Origin: Octopus sinensis | Taxonomy: Eukaryota | DNA: 8,619 nucleotides | NCBI RefSeq assembly: GCF_006345805.1 | Contig: NW_021828381.1 | Coordinates: forward strand, 1-8,619 | Reading direction: 5' to 3' | Part shown: positions 1-7,783 of the stretch, piece by piece | Position numbering within the stretch: position 1 is the first letter of the stretch | Layout: every line of letters begins with the position of its first letter | The notes under the pieces: model-generated | Database searches by the model: none | Told to the model about the DNA's origin: nothing | The model's input: only the letters and a program-made list of their open reading frames with translations | Made by a program: the position numbers and the translations under genes

Positions 1-311
1 TTGATCTTTTACATACAAATGTAACAAAAAGGAAACAAAACTTATATAACGTGTGTGATATTTTGCATGCCGAAGGTACGGTCTGCCGAAAAAAAAGTAT
101 TTGATGTTTTATAAATTAGATAATAAAAAAAGCTAATAATGTCAAAAATAATGTGATTTTATTGAAAAATATATTGATTCCTATTTTATAGATTAGCCAT
201 AGCGCTAAATAAAAACTTAAACCTAACTCAAAACAGAGTTCTACCCTATCTAGAACCCTAATGTTAATAATTTTAAAAAAATTTTGATTTTATAGAATAA
301 TATTATGTCAC

Positions 312-347
312 ATGGGCGACTTGAAGCCTATGGGTGACCTGAAGCTT
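312..347 (+). repeat. Two-copy 18-bp tandem direct repeat
   Basis: ATGGGCGACTTGAAGCCT (312-329) and ATGGGTGACCTGAAGCTT (330-347): 15/18 identical, all three differences are C/T transitions. Confidence 0.7.
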
Positions 348-353
348 TTACGT

Positions 354-367
354 GTTGCCACGGTAAC
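354..367. promoter_or_regulatory. Candidate RFX X-box
   Basis: GTTGCC-AC-GGTAAC is an imperfect palindrome matching the GTNRCC-N(0-3)-RGYAAC X-box consensus. Motif match only, no functional evidence. Confidence 0.25.
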
Positions 368-523
368 CATGATACGTTACATAATAAAATATCATGTAGC
401 TCATATAGACACAATTCTAAAGTAATTTGTTATTTTCAAATAAAAAAAATAATTAAAACTGTATATATTAAATGGCTGACCTATTTTCTGTAGAATTTTG
501 TCGCATGGTATTGGTGTTATCTA

Positions 524-685
524 ATGTCGCACTTCAGGGCTTATGTCAAGGATATTAATGAATACGACAACATTAAAAAGATATTATGTGGAATTCAAAT
601 TGAGGATACCAATACTCAGAGGAATCGCAGATTGCGAAAAAAATCCTCACATTTTTTCGTGAGGAACAATAAGTTTTACGTTTAA
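524..685 (+). CDS. 53-aa ORF not in the supplied track, resembling the N-terminal segment of GIN1/Ginger-type (gypsy-like) integrases; possibly a truncated exon
   Basis: Manual translation gives MSHFRAYVKDINEYDNIKKILCGIQIEDTNTQRNRRLRKKSSHFFVRNNKFYV*. The frame is open from 494, just after a TTTTCTGTAG acceptor-like sequence. The resemblance is by eye only. Confidence 0.3.
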   Translation: MSHFRAYVKDINEYDNIKKILCGIQIEDTNTQRNRRLRKKSSHFFVRNNKFYV

Positions 686-725
686 TTCTAATTTAATTTA
701 GACTGTTTCTGAAAGGAAATATTGA

Positions 726-1609
726 ATTGGCGAAGGCGGCCATAAACTTGCCTTAGTTACTCCGCAAAAGTCAGCACTAGTCCTAAAGGGGATTCCGCGA
801 TGGATCTCCAATCGGGACCTAGAGCTGCACCTGAAGGAAACCCTCAGTTCGGTGTTCGTTCTCGAGCGATTCACGCGAGATGGTCTCAACATCCCAGTTG
901 CTAAGCTGACGCTTGACTCACGAGCTGAAGCTACTTCTTTGATCCGCACCGGAATCACAGCTGGTTTCTGCCTTATCACCTGTGAATGGTTCAGACCTCC
1001 TGTCGTCCGATGTTTCCATTGTCAGAGATTCGGACACCTGTCCCGTAACTGTCAAGAAAAAGCCCGGTGCTTATACTGCGGCAAGGACCACGACCGAAGG
1101 GAATGCCCAGGCAGCAAACAAAGTCTAGTGGAGCCCTGCGGTCGGCATTGTATCAATTGTGACCGCCCCGGCCACCTCGCTTCGTATGGTGGATGCCCGA
1201 CGGCCAAAGCTGCAACAGCAGCTAAATGGGCCGCCGCGCAGAAGCAATGCCTCGGTCTCCTAACCCAACCCGCATGGTAATGGTAAAAGCTAAGCCGGTC
1301 ACGCCTATCTGGAAAGTACGGCCGCTAATAACCCCGTGTGTGGCGGACGCCCATACCCAGACGACGCAAGTCGTTGAGGTTGGTGCGCAGAGCATGCAGG
1401 CCCCTGTCGCCGAGGCTGTGAAACCGAGGCCCGTCAGCCCAATAAGGAACGGTACTCAGCAGGCCAAAACGCAGGCGAAGGTAGACTCTCACAACAAGGA
1501 TGCTCTGTTGGAATTTTACCAACGCTGTGTCGACGCACTGCTGAAACTGGGAGTCAAACCCAAGAAGCTAGAAGAGCTCCTATCAGAGAGGAGCTCGCCA
1601 GCAAAATGA
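726..1609 (+). pseudogene. E1 ORF1, gag-like nucleic-acid-binding protein; 5'-truncated, with one -1 frameshift near 1224-1226
   Basis: The frame of the 852 ORF is open back to 726 (includes LVLKGIPRWISNRDLELHL). Knuckles: CFHCQRFGHLSRNC, CLYCGKDHDRREC, CINCDRPGHLASYGGC. The 1226-1609 ORF is its continuation: IWKVRPLITPCVADAHTQT aligns with E2 VWRKPTISRCFDSSTQT. Confidence 0.88.
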
Positions 1610-4215
1610 CCACGTCACTAAAAATCATCGCTGTGAATGCCCGATCTGTCAAGAGACGGCACCTCGACTTCGTTGAGATGGTAAACAGCGGCCATCCTGA
1701 CTTAATCGTCGTCAACGAGTCTAAGCTGAAAGAAGGTCAATGCTTCGAATTGCCAGGATACTGCTCCCTTGACCTGAAATGGAGAAATAACTCTACGCCT
1801 GGGACTGGGACGACTATCTACTACCTGCAAAATCTCAAGACACGTAACCTCAAGACTATCGAACGGAACCTATGCGAATTTATCTCGCTAGAGATTAAAA
1901 CCCAGCGCTTTTGGTTAAAAGTGGGCGGAATATATTGCAAAAACCTTGCTCCATGCATCGGTCTTATCGAAGACTTCTTTGTCAGCTCAAATCATTGCCT
2001 CCTCATCGGTGATCTAAACTCCAAACACACGGCATTTGGTTGTCGCGTGACCAATCGGGACGGCCGGTTACTTGAAAGAGCGGCAGGTAGGCTAGACGTC
2101 TGTGTCCGCACCTCGAAAGCCCGGAACCACCGCTCCCCATTCGGCTGGGACAACCTTTGCGTAGCACTGAGCTCTCAATCAGTCGCGAATCTTATGGGAG
2201 AACCAATAGTACTCGACGATATTGGGAGCGACCACCTGCCAATGCAGGTCTGTGTCCACGTCTCGGTAGACACCCAAATCCGTTGCCCACCACGATACAC
2301 CCTTTCGAACATCAACTGGGCGCACTAACGTTATGCTCTGAACTTGTTCTTTCGCAACAACGTACGCCCAGGCAGCTATCAATCTACCTCGGACATCGAC
2401 AACTCGGGCGCCGAATTGACGGACTTCATGCGACTCTACTTGGAAGCCCACGCTAGGAGGGTGCGCCCAACTAGCAAGGGCATTACACATCAAAAACCCC
2501 AAACTTCTCCAACTTCTGGGCGAAAAGAAACGCCTGCGAAACAAGCTCAAACGCTGTGCCGACCCAACGGACCAAGGTACCCTAAGGTCGGAAATCTCTC
2601 TGCTCAACCACAAATTGAACTCACAAGAAAGAAAGATCTTGAGAGGATGTGGAAGAAGGCCTGCTCTGGTCTTAATCACAGGAACCCAAACTTCTGGATA
2701 GCCTACAACAGACTCTCTAATCATCTCGTGAACTCTCCGGCACCAGAATTATCGAACTCAGCTGGAATGCCTGCGTCGGTGGAGGAAATCCCCAACATAT
2801 TTGCTGATCACCTGGACCGTCCTCTGCCGGACCATGAGGATCGCTGGGGAAACTCACATGCCAGTCCTATAGACCAAGCAGACTCCCTATCTGTTGATCA
2901 TCACCCAATCACCGCCGCTGAGGTGACCTGGGCCATCCTCTCGGCGAGGGACAACGCACCGGGGCATGACATGCTACCAATGAAAATGTTCAAAGAAGGC
3001 CCTCCGGAACTGTCTGAGTTTTTGGCACGCCTCTTCTCGGCTAGTCTTCGCTGGAGCCACGTTCCAAGTGCCTGGAAAGTCGCCGAAATCCGGATGATCA
3101 AGAAACCTGCAAAACCAGCTAACCTTGCCAGCAGCTATCGACCCATCAGTCTAATACCAACGATCTCGAGGCTTATGGAAAAAAATTATGACCAAACGCT
3201 TCGACTCCTTCGCTGAGCAGAAATGCGTGCTTCTGCCCCAGCAGTGGGGCTTCCGCTCGGGGCGCAGCTGCGCCGATTGTTTTCTGATTCTCCAATCGAT
3301 GGCTTTGAAAGCAATGGAGTTCAACGAAACTTTATCTTGCATCTGCCTTGACATCTCTAAAGCATTCGACAGCGTGTACCACCCAGACCTATTGGACAGG
3401 GTTCGCAGTTGTGAGCCAACGAGAGAGGCATTTCTCTGGCTGAATTGCTTTCTTTCTAACCGTATCTCCTTTGTGTCCCAGTCGGGCTTTCACTCCAGAG
3501 ATATACATCTCCGAAGGGGTGTCCCGCAGGGATCCAGTCTCAGCCCGCTGCTGTTCAACCTTGTGATGAGCAGCTTCCCTTCCTTCCCCAATCCGCGGAC
3601 AACTTTCCTCTTGTACGCTGATGACGTCCTCATTATGGATATTTCAAAAAGCCCCGCACTCTCGGAGCACCGTCTTTCCAGCTACATCGGAATGATAGAG
3701 ACCTGGTGTCGGGGTAAACAACTATCCATTGCTATGGACAAGTCGGCGTACCTTGAAATTAACTCACGGCGCAAATCGAGGCAAGAGCCTGAGATTCTCA
3801 GAAGACTTCCCCGCCCGAGCCACATTCGCTATCTGGGCTTGACGGTAGACTCTAACTCGGAGTACTTACTGCACATCACCCAAAAAAGGAAAAAGGCCGT
3901 TGCGGCCCTTCGCTTCCTGAGGGGTATGCATTTGGCCCCGACACTTTTCTGTTTGTCTTTCGCGCGACGATCCTCCCAAGTCTCTTGTATGGGATGGAGG
4001 CGTGGCACTATTCAAACCAATTCGGAAAAATATTGAAAAAATGTGAGAAGATCCGTCGCTATGCGTTAAAGCTAGCGTACAGATTGGATCTACGCGCCCC
4101 GCTACCCAACTGGGCAGAGGAGAAATCTCCACTAATCGAGAAAGTCATCCTTGATTCCATCCGAACTTTTCGTCGGCGGTCTCAGGTGACCGATCTTTTC
4201 GTGGATCGCGTCTGA
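1606..4215 (+). pseudogene. E1 ORF2, AP-endonuclease plus reverse transcriptase, disrupted
   Basis: APE motifs VNARS, VNESK, GDLNSKH, WD, GSDH. RT motifs YRPISL, QWGFR, LDISKAFD, GVPQGS, YADD (3614-3625), YLG. Lesions versus E2: in-frame TAA at 2326-2328, +1 at ~2500, -1 at ~2613, +1 in A7 at 3179-3185, -1 at ~3940. Confidence 0.95.
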
Positions 4216-4371
4216 AATTCAATCAGAGAGTGACTCTTCAAAACCCGCTCATATATTCCCTTAGGACGAATCTCGCAGAGCTCGACTGTCTTCGCAGTCG
4301 TCTCGTTTAACCTCGTCCACCTTTTTACTTAGTCTCTGTTTTACTTACAATAAAACTTTCCATTCATTCCT
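4216..4371 (+). other. E1 3'UTR with stem-loop, AATAAA and short TTCC(A/T)-type tail
   Basis: Follows the ORF2 stop. CGACTG/CAGTCG hairpin (4283-4300) inside GGACGA/TCGTCC (4264-4269/4313-4318). AATAAA at 4349-4354. The terminal motif is shared with E2. Confidence 0.75.
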
Positions 4372-4373
4372 GA

Positions 4374-5069
4374 GGTTTTACTTTCCAACGGTTCTACAAA
4401 AATGGACGGAGTATACCTGTTGGAAAGTTGAGTCTGAATTCGAGGGCAGAAGCCACTTCGCTTGTAAGGATGGGAATCGAAGTGGGATTTCAAAAAATAC
4501 GATGCGAATGGTTTAAAAACCCAGCAACAAGATGCTTTCGCTGCCAACAATTTGGTCACATTGCTAACTTCTGCAAAGAAGTGGAAAGATGTCTTTTCTG
4601 TGGTGGTGATCATAATATGAAAATGTGCCCGATTAAAGGAAAAACTGAGAAAAAATGTATAAACTGCGGTCTGAGTGGGCATTTGGCTTGCTACGGTGGC
4701 TGCTCTTCAGCTAAGGCAGCCACTGAACAACTAAAAAAGCAGCTCAGTGCCAGGGACAGACTGGCCAAAGCAGAACACTCAAAAACTGTATGGTCAAAAG
4801 CGGAGGCCGTTGAATCTGTATGGCGAAAACCCACAATTTCCCGCTGTTTTGACTCCTCAACGCAAACAGATGTTAGTGAAGACGCAACTTTGCCTCCCAA
4901 TACACAACACACAGAGCCTCCAACCCGCTTTAAGAGGAAAGCACCAACTATCGACGTTGAGCTTACCTCTATGATTCGCAAAATAATCGCTATATGCGAT
5001 GAAAAAGGCCTCGATATCAACAATCTGTTGTCCCTTTCTCTTGGAAGGGAAAGGATTGATCAGGCGTGA
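4374..5069 (+). CDS. E2 ORF1 (gag-like, three CCHC knuckles), lacking its N-terminus
   Basis: The frame is open upstream of the tracked 4428 start back to 4374. GFTFQRFYKNGRSIPVGKLSLNSR aligns with E1 VFVLERFTRDGLNIPVAKLTLDSR. Knuckles: CFRCQQFGHIANFC, CLFCGGDHNMKMC, CINCGLSGHLACYGGC. Confidence 0.9.
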   Translation, partial: GFTFQRFYKNGRSIPVGKLSLNSRAEATSLVRMGIEVGFQKIRCEWFKNPATRCFRCQQFGHIANFCKEVERCLFCGGDHNMKMCPIKGKTEKKCINCGLSGHLACYGGCSSAKAATEQLKKQLSARDRLAKAEHSKTVWSKAEAVESVWRKPTISRCFDSSTQTDVSEDATLPPNTQHTEPPTRFKRKAPTIDVELTSMIRKIIAICDEKGLDINNLLSLSLGRERIDQA

Positions 5070-7660
5070 GCCCCTTTCTGTCTATTATCGCTGTGAACGC
5101 ACGTTCTCTAAAGAGAAGGCGTTCAGAGATTGAGGATATGTTATCCCATAACCCCGTGGACCTTTTGATCGTAAACGAAACAAAAATCAAAAAACATGAT
5201 GATTACTACTTGGATGGCTATCGTTCCCTTGATATTAAGTGGAAGCCGGGCTCGATCGCTGGAACAGGCACTTCTATCTACTACAAATCAACTCTAAGGG
5301 TGAAAAATCTAAAAATTGTGTCCGAGGAATTGTGTGAATTCCTCACAATCGACGTCCTTCTGGAAAAAGGGTGGGTAACAATCGGAGGGATGTACTCAAA
5401 ATCCCTTTCCAATTATTCATCGCTTATCAAGGACTTTTTTGCCGATAAACACAATCATTTGTCAATACTCCTCGGGGATCTAAATGCCAAATGCATCATT
5501 CTTAAGAAGCTTTCAGAATCTCTCAGTTTCTCGGTCATCACATCAAAAACCCCAAATCATTACTCACCAGGAGGGTGGGACTATTTGGGCGTAGCATTGG
5601 TCTCTATGTCTACTCTTCAATTTATGGAACAACCGTACACCTTAAATGATATTGGAAGTGACCATCTACCAATTTTATACAAACTCAACCTTGGACCTTT
5701 AAAGGGTAAACCAACTTTTATACGATATAACCTCTCGACTATAAACTGGGAACACTACCGAAAATGTTTTACACTTTATCTGAGCAATTTCGCTCCTAAA
5801 CTTGACGAAAATTCTTCATCTGAGGACCTCGAGAAGTCTAGCAATTCCCTTATTGGATACATAAAGTCTTATCTGGAAACATATTCTACAAAAATCGTCT
5901 CAAACAATAGGAAAACTCACATGCCAAACATGAATGTTGAAATCCTACTAAGGAAAAAACAATGTCTAAGGAACAAACTCCGGCGCTGCGCAGATTTTCG
6001 TGACCGGTCCGTTTTGGAAAGTGAAATCTTCACCATTACGGAAGAAATAAGAAAATCGGCGAAGGTGGCGAAGGATAAAAAATGGAATACTGAGTGCAAA
6101 AAGCTACATAAAGGAAGTCCAAATTTTTGGAAGGTCTACTCGAAATTAACCTCGACGTCTGAGAAAACTATACCTAAACTGCTAAAACAAGATGGATCCC
6201 CTGCATCTCATGAAGAAATCCCGAACATATTTGCTGATAGTCTCAAAAGAATACAAGAAGTCAATCCGGATACAAATCTATCTGATTCAGCTTTGTTTGA
6301 TATGGAAAAAGAGTTGGAAGACAATCTTAGCTCATTACCAATGTGCTCGGAATCTATAACGTGCAAAGACGTGGAAAATGCAGTTAGATACTCCAAAAAT
6401 AACGCTCCGGGAAAGGACAAGATAACCATGCGCATGTTCAAAGAAGCTCCCAAGCAACTTTACGAATATTTGGGATGTCTCTTCTCCCGCAGTGTGAGCT
6501 TGGGATACGTCCCTTCTTCATGGAAACTGACGGAGGTAAGGATGATACGGAAGCCTGGAAAACCTGGTTACTTGGCGACAAGTTATAGGCCTATAAGCCT
6601 AATTCCTACCATCAGTCGAATAATGGAAAGGGTAATGTTTGAACGACTCTCTGAACACGTCGAGAGAAATGGTTATCTCAAAGACGTGCAGTGGGGCTTT
6701 CGGAGGGGTCGTTCCTGTGCTGACTGTCTTTATACACTCAATTCGTCGATTGTAAAGGCTCTGGATTTCAAAGAGTGTCTGACAATTGTGTCTCTAGACA
6801 TCTCAAAAGCCTTTGATATGGTTTGGCACCTCGGTCTCCTTAGACATCTGGCGAAGTGTCACATAGACAAAGGACTATTCCTATGGCTAAAAGACTTCCT
6901 CCGCGACAGGCGCTCTGTGATAAGCTTTCTGAACTATGACTCGGATGAACTGAAACTTAAAAGAGGCGTCCCTCAAGGATCAGTCCTCAGTCCTCTATTA
7001 TTCAACATTGTGATGAGCAATCTGCCGTCTCCTGTCAACACACGGACGGAAATTTTGATATACGCCGATGATGTTGTAATCCTTGACATTTCATCGAAAC
7101 CTGCCTTATCCGAACAAAGGATTATATCATATATGAATACAGTGGAGCAATGGTGCGATGAAAATATGTTCATTATTGCGCGTGAGAAGTCCGCATTACT
7201 GAGAATCACAGAAAGCAGAAATTTAATAAATTTACCGTGCCTGATCAAGAACATACCTCGACAAAACTCAATTAAATATCTTGGCTTGTTCATCGATGAA
7301 AAGGGAAACTATCTCGAAAACGCAAAATTAAGTAAAAGGAAAGCAACTAATGCTCTGTTCTGCCTGAGGAAGTTAAATTTGGAGCCTGATACTTTCCTCT
7401 ACGTTTTCAATACGGTGATCCTACCGGGACTACTATACGGAAAAGAGGGATGGTACTTCTCTAAAAAGAAGGACACCATCTTAACTAAATTTGAAAAGTC
7501 TCGCAGGCTCGCTTTGAAGCTTGCTTACCACCAAAAAGTTGAAGATCCAATCCCCCTGTGGCTTGAAAGTAAATCCTCCATGGTCGGTGAAACTGTCGAA
7601 AAAGCTATAAGTGGTTATAAATCCAACTCAATTGTCACTGGGACGTACCTGCAGAGGTAG
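5066..7660 (+). CDS. E2 ORF2, APE endonuclease-reverse transcriptase (864 aa), GTG start
   Basis: Uninterrupted ORF. APE motifs VNARS, VNETK, GDLN, WD, GSDH. RT motifs YRPISL, QWGFR, LDISKAFD, GVPQGSVLSPLLF, YADD (7061-7072), YLG. No RNase H or C-terminal CCHC; ends at the same relative position as E1 ORF2. Confidence 0.96.
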   Translation: MSPFLSIIAVNARSLKRRRSEIEDMLSHNPVDLLIVNETKIKKHDDYYLDGYRSLDIKWKPGSIAGTGTSIYYKSTLRVKNLKIVSEELCEFLTIDVLLEKGWVTIGGMYSKSLSNYSSLIKDFFADKHNHLSILLGDLNAKCIILKKLSESLSFSVITSKTPNHYSPGGWDYLGVALVSMSTLQFMEQPYTLNDIGSDHLPILYKLNLGPLKGKPTFIRYNLSTINWEHYRKCFTLYLSNFAPKLDENSSSEDLEKSSNSLIGYIKSYLETYSTKIVSNNRKTHMPNMNVEILLRKKQCLRNKLRRCADFRDRSVLESEIFTITEEIRKSAKVAKDKKWNTECKKLHKGSPNFWKVYSKLTSTSEKTIPKLLKQDGSPASHEEIPNIFADSLKRIQEVNPDTNLSDSALFDMEKELEDNLSSLPMCSESITCKDVENAVRYSKNNAPGKDKITMRMFKEAPKQLYEYLGCLFSRSVSLGYVPSSWKLTEVRMIRKPGKPGYLATSYRPISLIPTISRIMERVMFERLSEHVERNGYLKDVQWGFRRGRSCADCLYTLNSSIVKALDFKECLTIVSLDISKAFDMVWHLGLLRHLAKCHIDKGLFLWLKDFLRDRRSVISFLNYDSDELKLKRGVPQGSVLSPLLFNIVMSNLPSPVNTRTEILIYADDVVILDISSKPALSEQRIISYMNTVEQWCDENMFIIAREKSALLRITESRNLINLPCLIKNIPRQNSIKYLGLFIDEKGNYLENAKLSKRKATNALFCLRKLNLEPDTFLYVFNTVILPGLLYGKEGWYFSKKKDTILTKFEKSRRLALKLAYHQKVEDPIPLWLESKSSMVGETVEKAISGYKSNSIVTGTYLQR

Positions 7661-7687
7661 AAAAGAAAAAAAAAAAAAAAAAAAAAA
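7661..7687 (+). repeat. Poly(A) tract (AAAAG + A22) immediately after the ORF2 stop, internal to the inferred 3'UTR
   Basis: Read directly from the sequence. The family 3'-terminal motif lies ~100-160 nt further downstream. Confidence 0.85.
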
Positions 7688-7783
7688 TTTACTTGAGGGG
7701 GTCTCTCTTTTTTTTTTCTGGAAGAAGTCGATAGGGTAGTCCTATTGTTTCATTATACAAACTCCCCCCTAACCTTTAACCCT

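Larger units (their letters stand above)
1..720. other. AT-rich non-rRNA flank upstream of the retrotransposon array (host intergenic DNA, rDNA spacer or remnant of another element; identity unresolved)
   Basis: Visibly AT-rich with many A/T runs, switching to GC-richer coding sequence at ~725. No recognisable conserved LSU 3'-domain motifs on the minus strand. Right boundary is approximate. Confidence 0.6.
726..4371 (+). mobile_element. Non-LTR retrotransposon E1 (APE-RT type, I/Jockey-group-like), 5'-truncated and degenerate
   Basis: Gag-like ORF1, then overlapping APE-RT ORF2, then a ~156-nt 3'UTR ending in AATAAA and TTCCATTCATTCCT. No LTR, protease, integrase or RNase H. The 5' boundary is approximate (ORF1 frame open from 726). 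Confidence 0.93.

Noticed and set aside
312-347. CRISPR-like repeat
   Set aside because: Only two adjacent units with no spacer, in a eukaryotic context.
611-633. AATACTCAGAGGAATCGCAGATT, a vague resemblance to the sarcin-ricin loop region
   Set aside because: Wrong strand relative to the rRNA fragment, the invariant AGUACGAGAGGA is not preserved, and no flanking rRNA similarity is present.
601-665. Cluster of short inverted repeats (TCCTCAC/GTGAGGA, TCGCA/TGCGA, CGAAAAAA/TTTTTTCG) as a Helitron end or terminator
   Set aside because: Stems are only 5-8 bp and mutually exclusive, there is no CTRR terminus at the expected distance, and they lie within the candidate small ORF.
698-7293. Minus-strand ORFs (698-979, 1325-1522, 2179-2724, 2901-3101, 3151-3354, 3866-4132, 4341-4682, 4691-5023, 5917-6099, 6208-6453, 6973-7293) and alternate-frame + ORFs 2157-2456 and 4747-4974
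   Set aside because: Shadows of the retrotransposon ORFs with no recognisable motifs. 4341-4682 even crosses the E1/E2 junction.
726-7660. LTR retrotransposon, or bacterial RT system (group II intron, retron, DGR)
   Set aside because: No LTRs, protease or integrase. The APE-RT fusion, gag-like ORF1 and eukaryotic rRNA context define non-LTR elements.
7661-7687. Poly(A) as E2's true 3' terminus
   Set aside because: The motif shared with E1's end, and the matching UTR length, place the terminus at ~7820-7829. Kept as a testable alternative in the findings.
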